Made by a program: the position numbers and the translations under genes
Part shown: positions 1 through 14,890 of the stretch, one piece after another
Position numbering within the stretch: position 1 is the first letter of the stretch
How the letters are laid out: the number at the start of each line of letters is the position of its first letter
From: the human T2T-CHM13v2.0 reference genome, Homo sapiens
DNA: 64,000 nt
Strand: one strand, 5' to 3'
Assembly: GCF_009914755.1 (NCBI RefSeq)
Contig: NC_060926.1
Notes under the pieces: generated by a model
Database searches by the model: none
What the model saw: only the letters and a program-made list of their open reading frames with translations
What the model was told of the DNA's origin: nothing

Positions 1-1605
1 GCAAGTCCCTTCCACCTATGAGTCAGTAAAATAAGAAGAAAATTAGTTACTTCCTACATACAATGGGGGTACGGGCATTGGGTAAGTACAGCTGTTGCAA
101 ATGAAAAAAAAAAATGGCTAAAACAAAGGCCCCATGAAAGTCTGAAATCCAGCAGGGCAGTCAAATATTAAAGGTCAAAAATGATCTCTTTTGACCCCAT
201 GTCTCATATTTGGGTCACACTGATCCAAGAGGAGGTTCCCATGGTCTTGAGCAGCTCTGCACCTCTGTCTTTGTGGGACACAGCCTCCCTCCCAGCTGCT
301 TTCATGGGCTGGCGTTGAGTGTCTGCAGCTTTTTCAGGTGCATGGTGCAAGCTGTCGGTACAGCTACCATTCTGGGGTCTGAAGGACGATGGCATTCTTT
401 TCATATCTCCACCAGGCAGTGCCCCAGTGGGGACTCTGTGTGGGGGTGCCCACCCCACATTTCCATTTCACAATATCCTAGCAGGGGTTCTCCATGAGCA
501 CCCTGCCCCTACAGCAAACTTCTGCCTGAACATCCAGGTGCTTCCATACGTTCTCTGAAATCTAGGCAGAGGTTGCCAAATCAATTCTTGACTTCTGTGT
601 ACCCTCAGGCTCAACATGTAAAACCTGCCAAGGCTTGGGGCTAGCACCCTTGGAAGCCACGGCCTGAGCTGTACCTTGGCCCCTTTTAGTCATGGCTAGA
701 GCAGCTGGGATGCAGGACACCAGGTCCCTAGACTGCATATAGCAGAGGGACCCTGAGCCTGCCTCATGAAACCATTTTTTCCTCTAAAACCTCCCAGCCT
801 GTGAGGAGAAGGACTGCCACAAAGGTCTCTGACATGCCCTGCAGACATTTTCTCCATTGTCTTGGTGACTAACTTTCAGCTCCTTGCTACTTATGCAAAT
901 TTCTGCAGCCAGCTTGAATTTCTCCTCAGAAAATGGGATTTTCTTTTTTATCACATTGTCAGGCTGCAAATTTTCTAGACTTTTATTATCTGTTTTCCTT
1001 TTAAAACTGAATGCCTTTAACACCACACAAATCACATCTTTTTTTTTTTTTTTTTTTGTAGTCTCTGTCACCCAGGTTGGAGTGCAGTGGGGTATGATCT
1101 CAGCTCACTGCAACCTCCCCCTCTTGGGTTCAAGCAATTCTCCTGTCTCGGCCTCCCAAGTAGCTGAGACTACAGGCGCACACTGCCATGTCCGGCTAAA
1201 AAGTCACCTCTTCAATGTTTTGCTGCTTAGACATTTCTTTTGCCAGATACCCTAAATCATCTCTCTCAAGTTCAAAGTTCCACAAATCTCTAGGGCAGGG
1301 GCAAAATGCCACAAGTCTCTTTGCTAAAACATATCAAGAGTCACCTTTGTTCCAGTTTCCAACAAGTTCCTCATGTCCATCTGAGACCACCTCAGACTGG
1401 ATTGCATTGTCCATATCACTATTAGCATTTTGGTCAAGCCATAGAACAAGTCTTTAGGGAGTTCCAAACTTTCCCACATTTTTCTGTTGTTTTTTGAGCC
1501 CTCCAGACTGTTCCAACCTCTGCCTGTTACCCAGTTCCAAAGTTGCTTCCACATTTTCAGTTATCTTTAGAGCAGAGTCCCACCCCACTCCTGGTACCAA
1601 TTTAC
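1..1605 (-). mobile_element. THE1 (MaLR) internal region, runs off the window start; interrupted by a truncated Alu
   Basis: Ends in ctggtaccaatttac directly against the LTR, the reverse of the THE1-int start gtaaattggtacc. Minus-strand ORF remnants (MWKQLWNWVTGRGWNSLEGS...) match the MaLR internal ORF. Confidence 0.9.
1040..1198 (-). mobile_element. 5'-truncated Alu (right arm only) inserted in THE1-int
   Basis: Poly-T followed by antisense right-arm sequence; degenerate TSD aaatcacatctt / aagtcacctctt. Confidence 0.9.
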
Positions 1606-1934
1606 TGTATTAGTCTGTTTTTACACTGCTGATAAAGACATACCCAAGACTGGGCAATTTACAAAAGAAAGAGGTTTAATGATCTTACAGTTCCATGTGG
1701 CTGGGGAGGCCTCACAATCATTGCAGAAAGTGAGAGGCATGTCTCACATGGCAGCAGACAAGAGAAGAGAGCTTGTGCAGGGAAACTTCCCTTTATAAAA
1801 TCATCAGATCACATGAAACTTACTATCATGAGAACAGCATGGGAAAGACCTGTTCCCATGATTCAACTACCTCCCACCAGGTCCCTCTGACAACACATGG
1901 GAATTCACGGTGAGATTTGGGTGGGGATACATCA
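1606..1934 (-). mobile_element. THE1-family LTR (5' LTR of the minus-strand provirus)
   Basis: tgtattagtctgtttttacactgctgataaagacatacccaagactggg ... gagatttgggtggggatacatca, with TG...CA termini. Confidence 0.92.
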
Positions 1935-2784
1935 CTAGATAACAGCAAAGCTGTACAATTCTTAAACATTGTCATGGAAAAGTAATTCCACAACTCTACT
2001 TTGAACTATATGTGATGTTGTTTACATTCATCATACCCTCTTTATGCTAAACTAAAATATTTAGCTGTAATTTATGATAACTATTTATAGTTCCTCTTTC
2101 TTTCCCTCTCTGAACTTCCTGCAATACCCTGCAGAGTTGGTATATTATCTACCTTTTTCCTTTAATTTTACTATTTTTGTGAACAAAAATGTCAGAAGAT
2201 GAAGTATTTTAAGTCAATTTTTTTTTAAATGGTGAAAAATTTTAAACACTGTGAGGGGCCAATAAAAGAGATTATTTTCATTGTGAGGGACATTTTAGCA
2301 TGAGTCAAATCACATGACAGTCAATTTTGTTCTTTGATTAATGTACAGGTACAATGAATTTCAGTTATGGTAGAACTTCTCTTTCTCCTTTGACTTATTC
2401 TCTCAATTTTTGCACTCTCATTTTTGGGTTTTTTTTTTTTTGTAAAGAGTTTCTAGTAAGGACTATGTGTTAATCAGTTTTAAGAACACAGACTTTATCA
2501 AAGAAAATTATCTCTTTAAAATATTTGCACTAGTGGAAAATATGTGAACCACCCAGTCTTATTTTATTGGACCCCAAGTTAGTTTGTGTTTGTGTGTATG
2601 TGTGGGCATTTATCTGATATCAACCATTATCTTTTAACATCAGCATGAAACAACATGCTGGTCTGAAACATAAAAATATATATCACTCTTACCAAAGCCA
2701 GTCTGTATTTTAATAGCTTTTTCCTGAAAGTGGAATCATGTAGAACTTAAAAACAGATTGAAATGAAAGGGAAAAATTTGATTC

Positions 2785-2890
2785 TGTAATTAACTTACCA
2801 TGTGACCTTCACCACACTGATGGTCCTTACAGATCTAAATTTCTATATCTGTAAAATAAAGAAGGTTGATTTTACATGATTTCCAAAAAT
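2785..2890 (+). mobile_element. MIR-family fragment
   Basis: Degenerate MIR core: tgtgaccttc...atttctatatctgtaaaataaag. Confidence 0.4.
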
Positions 2891-5800
2891 ATATCTTTTT
2901 TTGACAGTCGTAGAAATTTTATATAATTCTCTATTCTAGTCTACTGCAAAGGAATAGCAGCAGGTGAAAACTATAATGTTTGACCCTGAAGATTATTATG
3001 TGATATGTATAAGGGTCTTAATGTGTACAATTCCATTTTTAGGGGCTCAAGAGATAAAATTTCTTTTCCAAAATGGATAAATACAAAATCATTTTTGCAA
3101 TAAAAATGTATCGTGAGGGAATCTTTTGAATCAATGTGATTACTTATTGTGGAAGATACAGGCCATATCGCATAGCGTCTTGACTCAAGGATCTTATCAC
3201 TTAGTGAGTGAAATAAAACAATTACACAGATAACTGCCAGTAGGCAGCACTAAATGTCTTACGTGATGGATAGAGAGAGAGGTAAGAAGGGTCCAACCAA
3301 ATGCTAAAATGTTAATAAAGCCCAGATCACAGGCGGTGATGATCAAATGAATTGAACACGCTTAGGAGAAATCCATGAAAGAAAGAAATCTGTATCCCTG
3401 GAATCTTTCCATTTTTGAGAATATATTACATTTGAATCTCTTAGGGATGTGTGGTTCCCCTTCCCTTTAAAATAGTTACAGTATAACTTTCATTAAAATC
3501 TTGGATTTTGTCAATCATAGCAGACAATAGCATTTTATGTCCTGTGAAGAATTGTATGCATAATTTTGGAAACAAGACAAAGGAAAGAGGCTCTCTAAGC
3601 TGTTAGAAACAAAGGATTTTTAAAATCTTTCTTCTCTCATACCTCCATTAAGGTTGTCTTTTCTCCTTTAAAGCTATAAGAAATATTCTGAATACTAATG
3701 TGACAGAACCAGATGCAATCCCCAAATATCATATTTACTTAATATAAATTCGTAGTCCTTACCTTTAAGGAGATTTGACAATTCACTTTGTCCTTTAGCC
3801 TTGGGGTAGTCAGGAAAGTTAGGCACAATGTTTTAATGCTCATTCCTTCTCTTTTGCTCTTAGCTATCATTAATCCCTAATGCCTGGAACTGCATAAATT
3901 TCTTCTACAAAGGAAGCCCACAGGTCGTTTTTATTTGGAGCACTTTTTTTTATATGCGCCACAATATATTCCGTTATGTATTACCTCATCTGAATGCAAA
4001 ACTGTTTTATATGCAGATTTAAGGTAATGAGCAGTCAAGTTTAAAAAATGGTTCTGGTATCCTGCAGCTTCTCAATAATAATATACACTTTCATTCCAAC
4101 AGAGAAGGATGGATTATGGGTTTTTCAATTTGCATCAGGCATATTAATTGCAGAGTAGGGCTTCCACATAAAATATCAATGTACTGGAACAAACTGTTAA
4201 CATACCAGAATATGAACACTTACATTCATTTCTGGAGCTTTAAAAGGAATCATCCCCCTCCCCTGCTTTTTAAAATCTATACCTCTGGAGATGGTACAGT
4301 TTTTTAGTCAGTTAATGAGAACTATGTAACCACCATTTCTCCAAAAATCCCTAATTAGATTAAGTGCAATAGGGCTATTTTAGTCATTTCTGCTGGGGAA
4401 GAATACAACAAGCCATTAGGGAAAGAGAATAATTTAGAAGGTTTGAAAGAAACTTATTTTAGAGTTACTTTTAAGAAACATGACATGGAAGATCAACTTT
4501 ACGTCTTAGTTGGAGGCAGGGAGGCATACTCAACTTTTATTTGCATTATATTTCTCAACTATGAAGAGAATACCTAAACTAGTAAAAGTTTAATTGAAAG
4601 TTTTATAAGTAATTTTCAGCTGACGTTTTGCACTATAGGTTTGATTGTAGAGAACTGGTACTTTATTTCATGGGAGTACTTGAATTATATATTCTCTTGT
4701 AAGCATAAAATTGTGAATGTCCATATTTTAAAAAAGCATTATAATAATAAATAAAAACACTTGTGTTTTAATTTGTCTAATACATTTGGTAACTAATATA
4801 AATTATAGATACTCTGGTTAGACTAGAATATAGATGAAAATATTTTTAAATATGTTCTCTTTTTTCTTTAATGTGAATATTTCTTATTTTTCAAAAAATA
4901 AAGCAAGAGGAAGAAATAAAGTTGAGATTTAAACATGGCTACATTTTTTTTTCCTGAAACTTGTACTTAATATGCAAATGCTAAGTATTTGGTAAATATT
5001 CATTAAGTAAATATCAGACCTTTCACATTTATATTTCACTTTACATTTTTGATACATGATAAAATTTGTGATTTTATTATTTTCTAACAAAAATAGAATG
5101 GGGGCCCACTTTTCAAATCCGTTCTGCAAAAGACAATGTTTGAGTTTTTATACCACAGCTGTAAGTAACAAATTATCTCACCAGGGAAGAGAAGAAATGC
5201 TAACCACATAATCCAACAGGAGACTTGATTCATTTTGTGTCTGGAACAGTCAGTGCAATGTTACAAACTGAAATGAGTTTCCTTTTCAATCTTCAGGTGA
5301 AAAAAGTAGTGAGAATGTCCCGCTTTAAAAAAAAAAAATCAATGTAACCTTTTTTTTTTCATCTTCCTTGAGAAATAATGTGTGTTTGTGTGAGTGTGTT
5401 TTATTTTGCAGTATTAGTTTTGACCTCATTATGCTCATTATGCTGTTATAAGGCTAAGTATGTCATGGGTCAAAATGAAGGCAAAATAGACCTTTCTCAG
5501 CATTAAAGCACAACCTAATTTATGGTAAAAGTAATTTCCATACTGTTTTAAAGAAATAGCCCTGGACAACATGAATCTTCCTTTGCTGTAGCATGCTGGC
5601 TGAAAAACAGGTTAGATATGCATTCCATGAAAAGAACAGGGAAAATCACTAGAACTGTAAACTCTGCATTTGCTGGGTGCTAACATTTTGAGAAATGCTG
5701 AAAGTGTGTTATTTTGGTTTTGTATTACATTTAGTAGGTGTATTTTAAACTCAAAGAATTTGATTTCCAGTAAGAAGCCCAAATAAAGTGTTGCAATTGT

Positions 5801-7659
5801 TTTATTTAAGGTCAGTTCTTTCAACTAAACACCTTTTATTTCCAGATGTGTTTTCCCTCTTGTTTGAAATGCCGCATAACACAAAATGCTGCCTGTTTTG
5901 TGTGCTTTTTTTCTACTGCATGCGTAGATAGAAAATAGGTTCAAGTGCCTCATTTGAAAATCTTTTACTTAATTCCACCAATTGAAACGATGACATCATG
6001 TTTTCAGAGTTTACCTTTCTTGGTAAACATCACCAACAAAAGGTTAATGTTTATGAAGGACATCTTAAATCTTAATTTGATGCATACAATAATTTAAACT
6101 TTTATAAACTTTTACTAAATTAAATAAAAACTGCTTTGAGGTTAAAAGTGATAATTCTAGAGGTAATGATTAAAGGCACCTGCCCCTCCTCCTGATGCAT
6201 CTACCTTCTGTATCCTCTGTTAAAAATCAAACGAAAATTAATCTCAGGTTCAAAGTGGTGTTAACTGTATTCAGGAATCTTATGATGTCCTTTACTTCCT
6301 TTGAAGCATTACCTGATGACCTAACTACAATTTCAGCATAGCTGTTGATTTTTGATTGTAGGTTTTATTTTGTTTTTTTATTTTTACATTCTTGTGGGGA
6401 GGGGGATTTAATCTCTTAAACTTTGTTGGCAAATTACATTGATGAATGTGTTCTGACAGGAAGCTTTACTGAAATGAAAAGGAGTTGTGTGTAAGGGTGG
6501 GAATAACTATTCTAAGAGCTTTTTCATGGTTCTCGTTGCCAGGGAAACCACTGCTTTGTCTGCACTTGTTTGGAATGGCTGCCTCATTAGAACTCAGGCT
6601 CCTAGACAGTCACTTGTAATACTGGTAAAATGAAAGGAATGAACCTATTTTAGTTGATTAACTTGAAATTAATAAAAATAGCATATTTAAAAGATAGATG
6701 TTTAAAAGCTAAACATAGAATTATGGGGGAACAATGAAGTTAATATTGATTAGGCCTATTCAGCCACTTGTGTGAGTGGAAGAATAATTTTATTTTTTAC
6801 TTTCTCTTTGCCTTTTTACATATTTATGGGGAGTAAGCAAATGGACTATTATATGTTAATGCCACCAAATAAACTTGGGATATGATAGATCCTGATTTTT
6901 TCACAAATATACAGATTTTTTTCTTATGAATTCATTTTTTTTTCCTTGCCATGACTGGCCTGTGTCATGGCTAAAATATTATCAAAACAGACCGGATTTA
7001 CTGGCTCTCAGGGGCACAAAAGGTAGTGAAAACTTAGATTGGAAATCCATCTCTGGGTAGTTTCATTTTTCTTGAAAGAACGAAAGAAGTAGCACACTAA
7101 GAAATTATATGAACCAATATTAAAAACAAAGAAGATAATATAACAGATTATTGCTGTAAATTTAAAGTATTTTTAAAAAGACAAGAAACAGGCATAGATA
7201 GAAACATCTCAAGTTCAAGGAGCTGAGACTAACTCTCAATATACTACTACTTCTTCCTTTTTTTTACTATAAGCCAAATTTCCTTTGGAAATTTATTGAA
7301 ATTTAAAATGTTTGTTTTTAACTCATGACAAAGAGATGGAATCTTTTTATAAGTTTTTTTCTTCCAACAACAGAAGTTCTTTAAATTTCTTGTTCTATCA
7401 TTCTATCTAAATATACTCAAAGTACTATAATCTTAAATATTATTATTTAATACTCTTTCCTAAAGGAACAAAGAAAAACAAAATCCAAAGATCTTTTTAA
7501 AAAGTCTATATTATTCAAATAAGTTCACTTCAAAAAATTGGCAATATTGATCTTTTATTTGTAGTACTATTTTAGGAAAAGAAATGTCAAAATGATATTT
7601 TGGACTTTGCAAGTCCTGTTTTGGTTAGAAATGTCAAAAACTTAATTTTATGTATGTTA

Positions 7660-7860
7660 AAACTTGAAATGGCCATTAGACATTCAAGAGAAGATGTTTA
7701 AAAGGAATATTTTATAAATGTAGGATTCATGGGATGTGGATTTTATTTGAGTGTGGAATAAGAGAAAGGTGGGGAGAAAGTCTGGGTTTAACATGACTCC
7801 CAGGCCTGGATGAGCAATTGTGTGGAAAACAGTGCCATTCATTGAGATGAAACTACTAAA
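7660..7860 (-). mobile_element. L2 fragment
   Basis: catgactcccaggcctggatgagcaattg...gtgccattcattgagatg resembles antisense L2. Confidence 0.5.
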
Positions 7861-8040
7861 GCAATGGTTTTCAACCTTGCCTACACATAAGCATCACCTG
7901 GGGAACTTTAAAACAATACAAATTCCTGAAATCTAACCTCAGAGATTCTTATTCAATTGAAATGGGTTTGGGTCTATAATAGTATTTAAAAATTGCTCTC
8001 CTGGTGATTCTAATATGAAACCACCTTTGAATACCCTGAT
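7861..8040. mobile_element. MER5A-type hAT-Charlie MITE
   Basis: caatggttttcaacctt...atcacctggggaactttaaaa...ctcctggtgattctaat. Confidence 0.75.
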
Positions 8041-8059
8041 ACTAAAATTCATTCTTGTG

Positions 8060-8560
<501 letters not shown>

Positions 8561-8569
8561 AAAGAAAGA

Positions 8570-9085
8570 ATAGTTCAGGTGGAGAAGCTGCTGTTTGACA
8601 GAAACATGGTATTTGAGGTGGATCTGGAACACCATTCTGGAAGGACTTAGTAGGTTCTTAAATATGAATCTGATGTTATACAGCAAAAGTCTATACGGGC
8701 TACAGAAACATAATGTGTAATAGTGGAACCCTGCAAGAGGAGGGAGTCATGAGGGTGCTTACAAAGAAGGACGAAAAAGGAGCAAAGAGCAGGAGGTTGG
8801 GAAACAGTGGCCTTTGAGAGGAAGGAAGGAGAAAAAGAACCAGAACGGAAAACTGAGAAAAATATAGAAATGGATTTGGAAAGGATGTCATAGAAAGCAA
8901 GGCTTTTAAAGAAAAGTTGAGACTCAGTATGAAAAAATAATACAAAAACTAAAAATAGTTAACTGGACTTGGAAATCAAGGGAGATATTAGTGCCCTTCA
9001 AAAGAACTGTTTTAGGGGAGAAGTAGAAGTAGAAAGTATTTGGAGTACATGAGAGAGGAATGAGAAACCATTGTCTGAGTTAGTA
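8570..9085 (-). mobile_element. Degenerate L2 fragment
   Basis: Purine-rich antisense L2-like text, e.g. actggacttggaaatcaagggag...tagtgcccttcaaaagaactgttttagggg. Confidence 0.5.
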
Positions 9086-9088
9086 GAA

Positions 9089-9620
<532 letters not shown>

Positions 9621-10434
9621 ATATTCTTTTCAGAAACTTGACTGAAAATGAAAGGCGAGGATTTAGGGTAGTTTCTAATCGGAGGTGGAAATTGTGAGAG
9701 AAAAATAAGAGACTTGACTGTAAGAACTATGACAGAGCCACCGTGTCTGAACATTAGTTGAAAATACTTGAGATCAGAATTCAGGTTATGGTAGAAATGA
9801 AAGTATAGAAATCAAAGTCACTGGTGGAAAAATCCCCTCTAAAAAGAAAATGGTGAAAAGCTCATCCTGTGGGCCTATAGAAAAAGATGTGAAAATGAGT
9901 AAAATTCTAATTCGGTTGCTTTTCATTTGTTATATAAAGAGATACAGACAGGACATTGAAGGAATCTTACTAATAACCACAATTTCCCATATGATTATAT
10001 TCACTCTTTGCATTTGTAGCGGTGGAAATGTGAGGGACTTGAGGTGCTTGGTATCCATTTGGAATAACTTATGTGGGAAATGGAAAAGATGACTGATAAA
10101 GATCATGTTTAACTAGTTCATATAGACCAGATGAGGTTTAGAGTGTCATAATCTACACAAATACGTGGTTTCCTCTAATGGCATTCTGATATCAAGATAC
10201 AGAAAGAGAAAAAAAATTGGTACAGTGATCCAGTACTTGTGATCATCATGGAAGGTAGAACATAAATGAAGAGATTTAAACACTAAGAATGCGGGCATGA
10301 AATTTCTGTTTAAAATGGTCCATCATTTGTTTAGATGAAAGAAAAACTATGGGGGGGTGCTTATAAACTGAGATAGATAAAAAGGGAAGAATCTGAATCT
10401 TTCAATTGTACAAAAAACAGATAGATACAGAAGT

Positions 10435-10755
10435 ACAATCTTCTTTTAGTATTTGTGAAGTATTGGTTTCAGGACCTCTCAGACATTGAAATCTGCAGAT
10501 GCTCTAGTCCCTGATAAAAAATGGTATAGTATTTACATATAACTCACACACATCCTCCTATATAATTTAAATAACCTCTAGATTACTTATCATGCCTAAT
10601 ACGATGTAAATGCTCTGTAAATAGTTGTTATGCTGTATTTTTTGTATTATTTTTATTGTTGTATTGCTATTTTTATTGTTTTTTCTCAAATATTTTCAAT
10701 CTGTGTCTCTTTGAGTCCATGGATATAGAATCCACAGATAGGAAAGACCCACTGT
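10435..10755. mobile_element. MER2-family (Tigger-derived) DNA transposon
   Basis: atggtatagtatttacatataact...ctctagattactta...tgtaaatagttgttatgctgtat; TA-flanked ends. Confidence 0.8.
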
Positions 10756-11433
10756 AGCAAAGAGGTGAGCAGGTAAAATAATAAATTAATTTTACTAACA
10801 GTCTTTTAGAGATTGAAGTTCTAAATTTGAAATAGTTTGGGATAAAGAATAGTCCAAGAATGTCTAGGAACACCATAATCCAAGATAATGGTTCTAGGAT
10901 GTAAAGTATGAGAGAAAATTAATACATTTAAACCAAAGAATTTAGAATTTATATTACTGTACACTTATAAACCTAGATACTATTCATGATAAAAGCATAA
11001 TTCAGTGTGAAAAGAAATAGTAAATGATCAATGAGTGGGGCAGTGGGGGAAGGAGAGAGAGAGGAGATAGGAGTCAGGGGAATGTGAATAATCTGGGTTC
11101 TTGATGTTTCAGCTTCCGATAGCACCACAGCTTCCTGCAATGGATTATATACTGCCACTAGAAAGATCAAAAATCACTGGGAGAAGCCATCTTTGGTTAG
11201 ATCTATCTTTCTGAGTTTAGAAATATCCATAAAATACTGTCTTTCTCATGGAATAACAGTAACTCAAAGCAACTCTGGATTTCTAATTCAAAACTACTCT
11301 AGGTTTCCAGCAATAAGAAAAGGTGTTCCCCCCTCCACCACCACTTATGTATGAGTTTCACTGATGGGAGTTTACAGGGCTTGATTAAGTAGGAGATTTT
11401 GATAATATATCTTAAGGTATTAGAGTGATATGA

Positions 11434-11763
<330 letters not shown>

Positions 11764-11826
11764 GATAGTTTTATAAAACCTGGATTTAAGGCAGAATTTA
11801 GAAACAGAAACTCTAATAGGAAAACC

Positions 11827-11980
11827 TTTTTCTATATTATTATTTTTTTTTAATTTAAAAGTAAACTTTAGTGTCGAAAATGCAAACTTGGGGAGGGCAG
11901 AAAGATCACACATAAGGCTGCCACTTCACACCTGGAGGGTTGCATGTTGGCTGGGCAGAGGCACTCCTCACTTCCCAGGG
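11827..11980 (-). mobile_element. SVA2-like element fragment (poly-A, unique 3' sequence, about one VNTR unit)
   Basis: T-rich tail, then taaaagtaaactttagtgtcgaaaatgcaaacttggggagggcagaaagatcacac...ggagggttgca, then the SVA-type VNTR unit ggctgggcagaggcactcctcacttcccag. No SINE-R or Alu-like part. Confidence 0.75.
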
Positions 11981-12199
11981 GCTGTGTATGAATCACAATG
12001 TAGGGGATAAAGCCGTTAGATAAAAATCTTGAAAGTAAAAGTGGATAAGAGAAAAATGCAAAAGAGTTTAGAGTGATGTGTGAAAGAATTCAATAATAGA
12101 TTATCTTTTACAGACAAGAATGAAGATAAAAATATGGTTTCAAAATACTTACCATAAACAATGTATGGATTTGTGTAACAGGTTATTGTATATGATAGT

Positions 12200-12900
12200 T
12201 GAAAGAAAATAATGATTTGAGATGGGAGGGAATCATTTTTATTAAGACATAATAATTTTGAATTTAATGGCTGAACATTTATGTGGCTTTTAAAGAGTCA
12301 GTGCATTTCCAAAGTGGTACTGCAATATATGGAAAATGTCAGTACTGGAGACGTTGCATGCCATCCATGCAGAAGTGGACATTCAAATCTTAAGAATGGA
12401 TGAGATCTCTCAAAAGGCAATTATAAATGATGACAGTAAGAGAACTGAAGAACGTTGAACCATGGTATTAAGGGGACATGTAGCATGGCGTGACAAGAGA
12501 ACATAGTCTTAGAAATCAGACTGAATTGTGTTTGTATTGTGGCTTCGGGATTTACTATGTTATCTTGGGCTTTCCTATTAAATGGACAATTTCATTGTAT
12601 TCTTAGTATAAATTAGAAATAATAACTTTCTAACAGGATTGTGGAAGTGTGTGTGTGTGTTTATGTGTACACACAGAGAGAATATAAATAATTATTAAAT
12701 AAACATTTCTATTTTATGGTAGATTGTAAATAGAAACTAAGTCAAAAGTTAAGTCAAAGTAGTCAAGAAGATTATAAGGTATAAGGAGATTTCAGTATTT
12801 TAGAAACCGAGAGAGAGGGTTTTAATGACAATGGTTGGTCAGCAGTTTCAAAAACCACTAAGAAAAATTGCTCCTGGAAGATAAGAGAATGAGTCTATCC
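12200..12900. mobile_element. Degenerate L2 fragments with an embedded MIR (~12480-12645)
   Basis: L2-like aatggatgagatc and tggtcagcagtttcaaaa; MIR-like gtagcatgg...agaaatcagactg...tcttgggc. Confidence 0.45.
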
Positions 12901-14469
12901 CTTACAATAAGCCTAGGATCACATTTCTTAACTTATTCCTCTCAAAATTGAAACATAAAGTACTTCTATGCATATTGTCTTATTTGCCTTATGTAAAAGA
13001 AAAAAGGAAGCAAATGGTTTCCAAATGTTTAAAAACATATATTGTCTCTCTCCCCATTCTTCCCTTTCTCTCCTCTCTCGTCTCTCTTTTCTCCCCTTCT
13101 TTTCCTCTCCTCCCACTGTATTTCTCCACATTTTCTAGACCTATCAGTTTTACAATAGAGAAGTTGCATTTGAAGATGTATTAGAATATTTCCAAACGGG
13201 ATTGGTCATGAGAAAAACTAATATATGGGATCCCTAATGCTGACCCAATTAAATTTGTGGTTTTGGCATAGCAAGGTTTATTGATTGATCAATGCTGTGT
13301 GTATGGTGGATATGCTTGCCTTGTCTCACAGAAAGGCAAACAAGCAGCCCATTATATTAAAGCATGTGGATTACGTTTTAGTCCCTATGGAAAAATAATA
13401 TAACTTCCTTGTTCTTACTCCAATCTTTAAGGATCTCAAATAAGAGAAAAATAATTGCATAATTCATCGTCTTTTGTGATTTGAGACATACATGATCATG
13501 TTATTGGCAGAAAATGAATTGGTTTTATACATTTTGTTGATAAGTGTTCCCAAACATTTGTAATTAGTTGACCATATTCTTGTTTCTCCACCTTCAGAAG
13601 AACTGGTTATTATGATTGCTTTTTAGGAAGGTGGTAATTACAAAATAGAAATGAGCTGAATGAAATTAAAGAGAAACTGAAAAAAGAAATTCCTTGCGAG
13701 GAAATAATTTCATTTGAACGAGTACAAAGTTCTTTGCAATTCTTGCTTAGCTGAAGTGTATTTCTAGTTGTGTTTCCAGATTTATATCATTATGAAAATA
13801 GCCACTTCCTAGGTTCTCATTTTTCATATACAATGTTCACTAGGAATAAATTTCTTCCCTGGATTCAATTTCTGAATATTCACAAGGTGAAAATTGTGTT
13901 CACCTCTTTTCAGATGGAGATTCTCTGAACTGTAATTGGGTGACTATTTCATAGATCAAATCTCAGCACATATCACTTTAAAATGATATAGTGTAAAAGG
14001 GCCCAAATCGTGTGTGTACACCTAGATGTGTGTGTGTCAGCATGATGTGGAAACTATGTGGATAGATAAATATCTAAAATAATAGGTATATAGATAGCAT
14101 GATGTTCCAATAATTACCAATAAGATCGTGTCTTCAGTGGAGAGTAATACATACCAAATTTTTAAATCTTTAATTTTTTATTTTCATATCTGATTATTTC
14201 TACTATGATCTCTTTTTTATCAGAGGAGTTACTAAAAATATGAGTAGATAAGAATACATTTGAATTTGTATGTGTATGATAACTTTAAAATTTTGCCTAC
14301 TTTATAGATTTCTCAGTTGGACTTATATTAAATCTCTATTTTTGTTTTTAACTTGGAATAAAATCTCTAAGACACTAATTACTAAATTGTCAGTATTTAT
14401 AATGTAAACATTTTAAATCCCCTAAATGTCTACTACAGAAAGAATAAATGGTGATGTGTCTGTGTTATG

Positions 14470-14890
14470 GAATATCCTGAAAACCATGGAAAATAATAAT
14501 AAAGCTCTACATACATTGACATGGAAGGAATAAATTAATAAATTGTTTCACTGAATGAAAATCATCCAAGTTGTGTAAATAAAAATATGTACCTGTAGGG
14601 CTGCAACATTATGCAACTCAAGCAAGTATATAATTCAGCAGTGCTATTAGGTATGCATTATAGATATTTTTGCATACAAATATACAGTGAAGATAAATAA
14701 TTAATATTTTAAAAATGTATATATGTTTATACATATGTAGGAAAAGTTATGAAAGTAAATACTGCAAATTACTAACAGTGGAAACTCTTTAACAGGTAGG
14801 TGTGAGGTTAATTTTGCTTTTTATTTTGCATTACACACTTTTGTATTGACTGAATTTTAAAATTAGATTTGCATTACCATTTTTTCCCTA
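14470..14890 (+). mobile_element. Old L1M (L1ME/MC-like) 3' end fragment
   Basis: atggaatatc...tacattgacatggaagg...actaacagtgg motifs typical of old L1 3' UTRs. Confidence 0.45.

Noticed and set aside
204-1554. Several ORFs of 76-123 aa
   Set aside because: All lie in THE1-int or the Alu; they are broken MaLR ORF remnants or antisense frames.
1855-1876. DUX4 site position in the THE1 LTR (also checked at ~45665 and ~50404)
   Set aside because: All three LTRs deviate from TAATTGAATCA at this position (tagttgaatca, tgattggatca, taagtagatca), so DUX4 activation is not supported.
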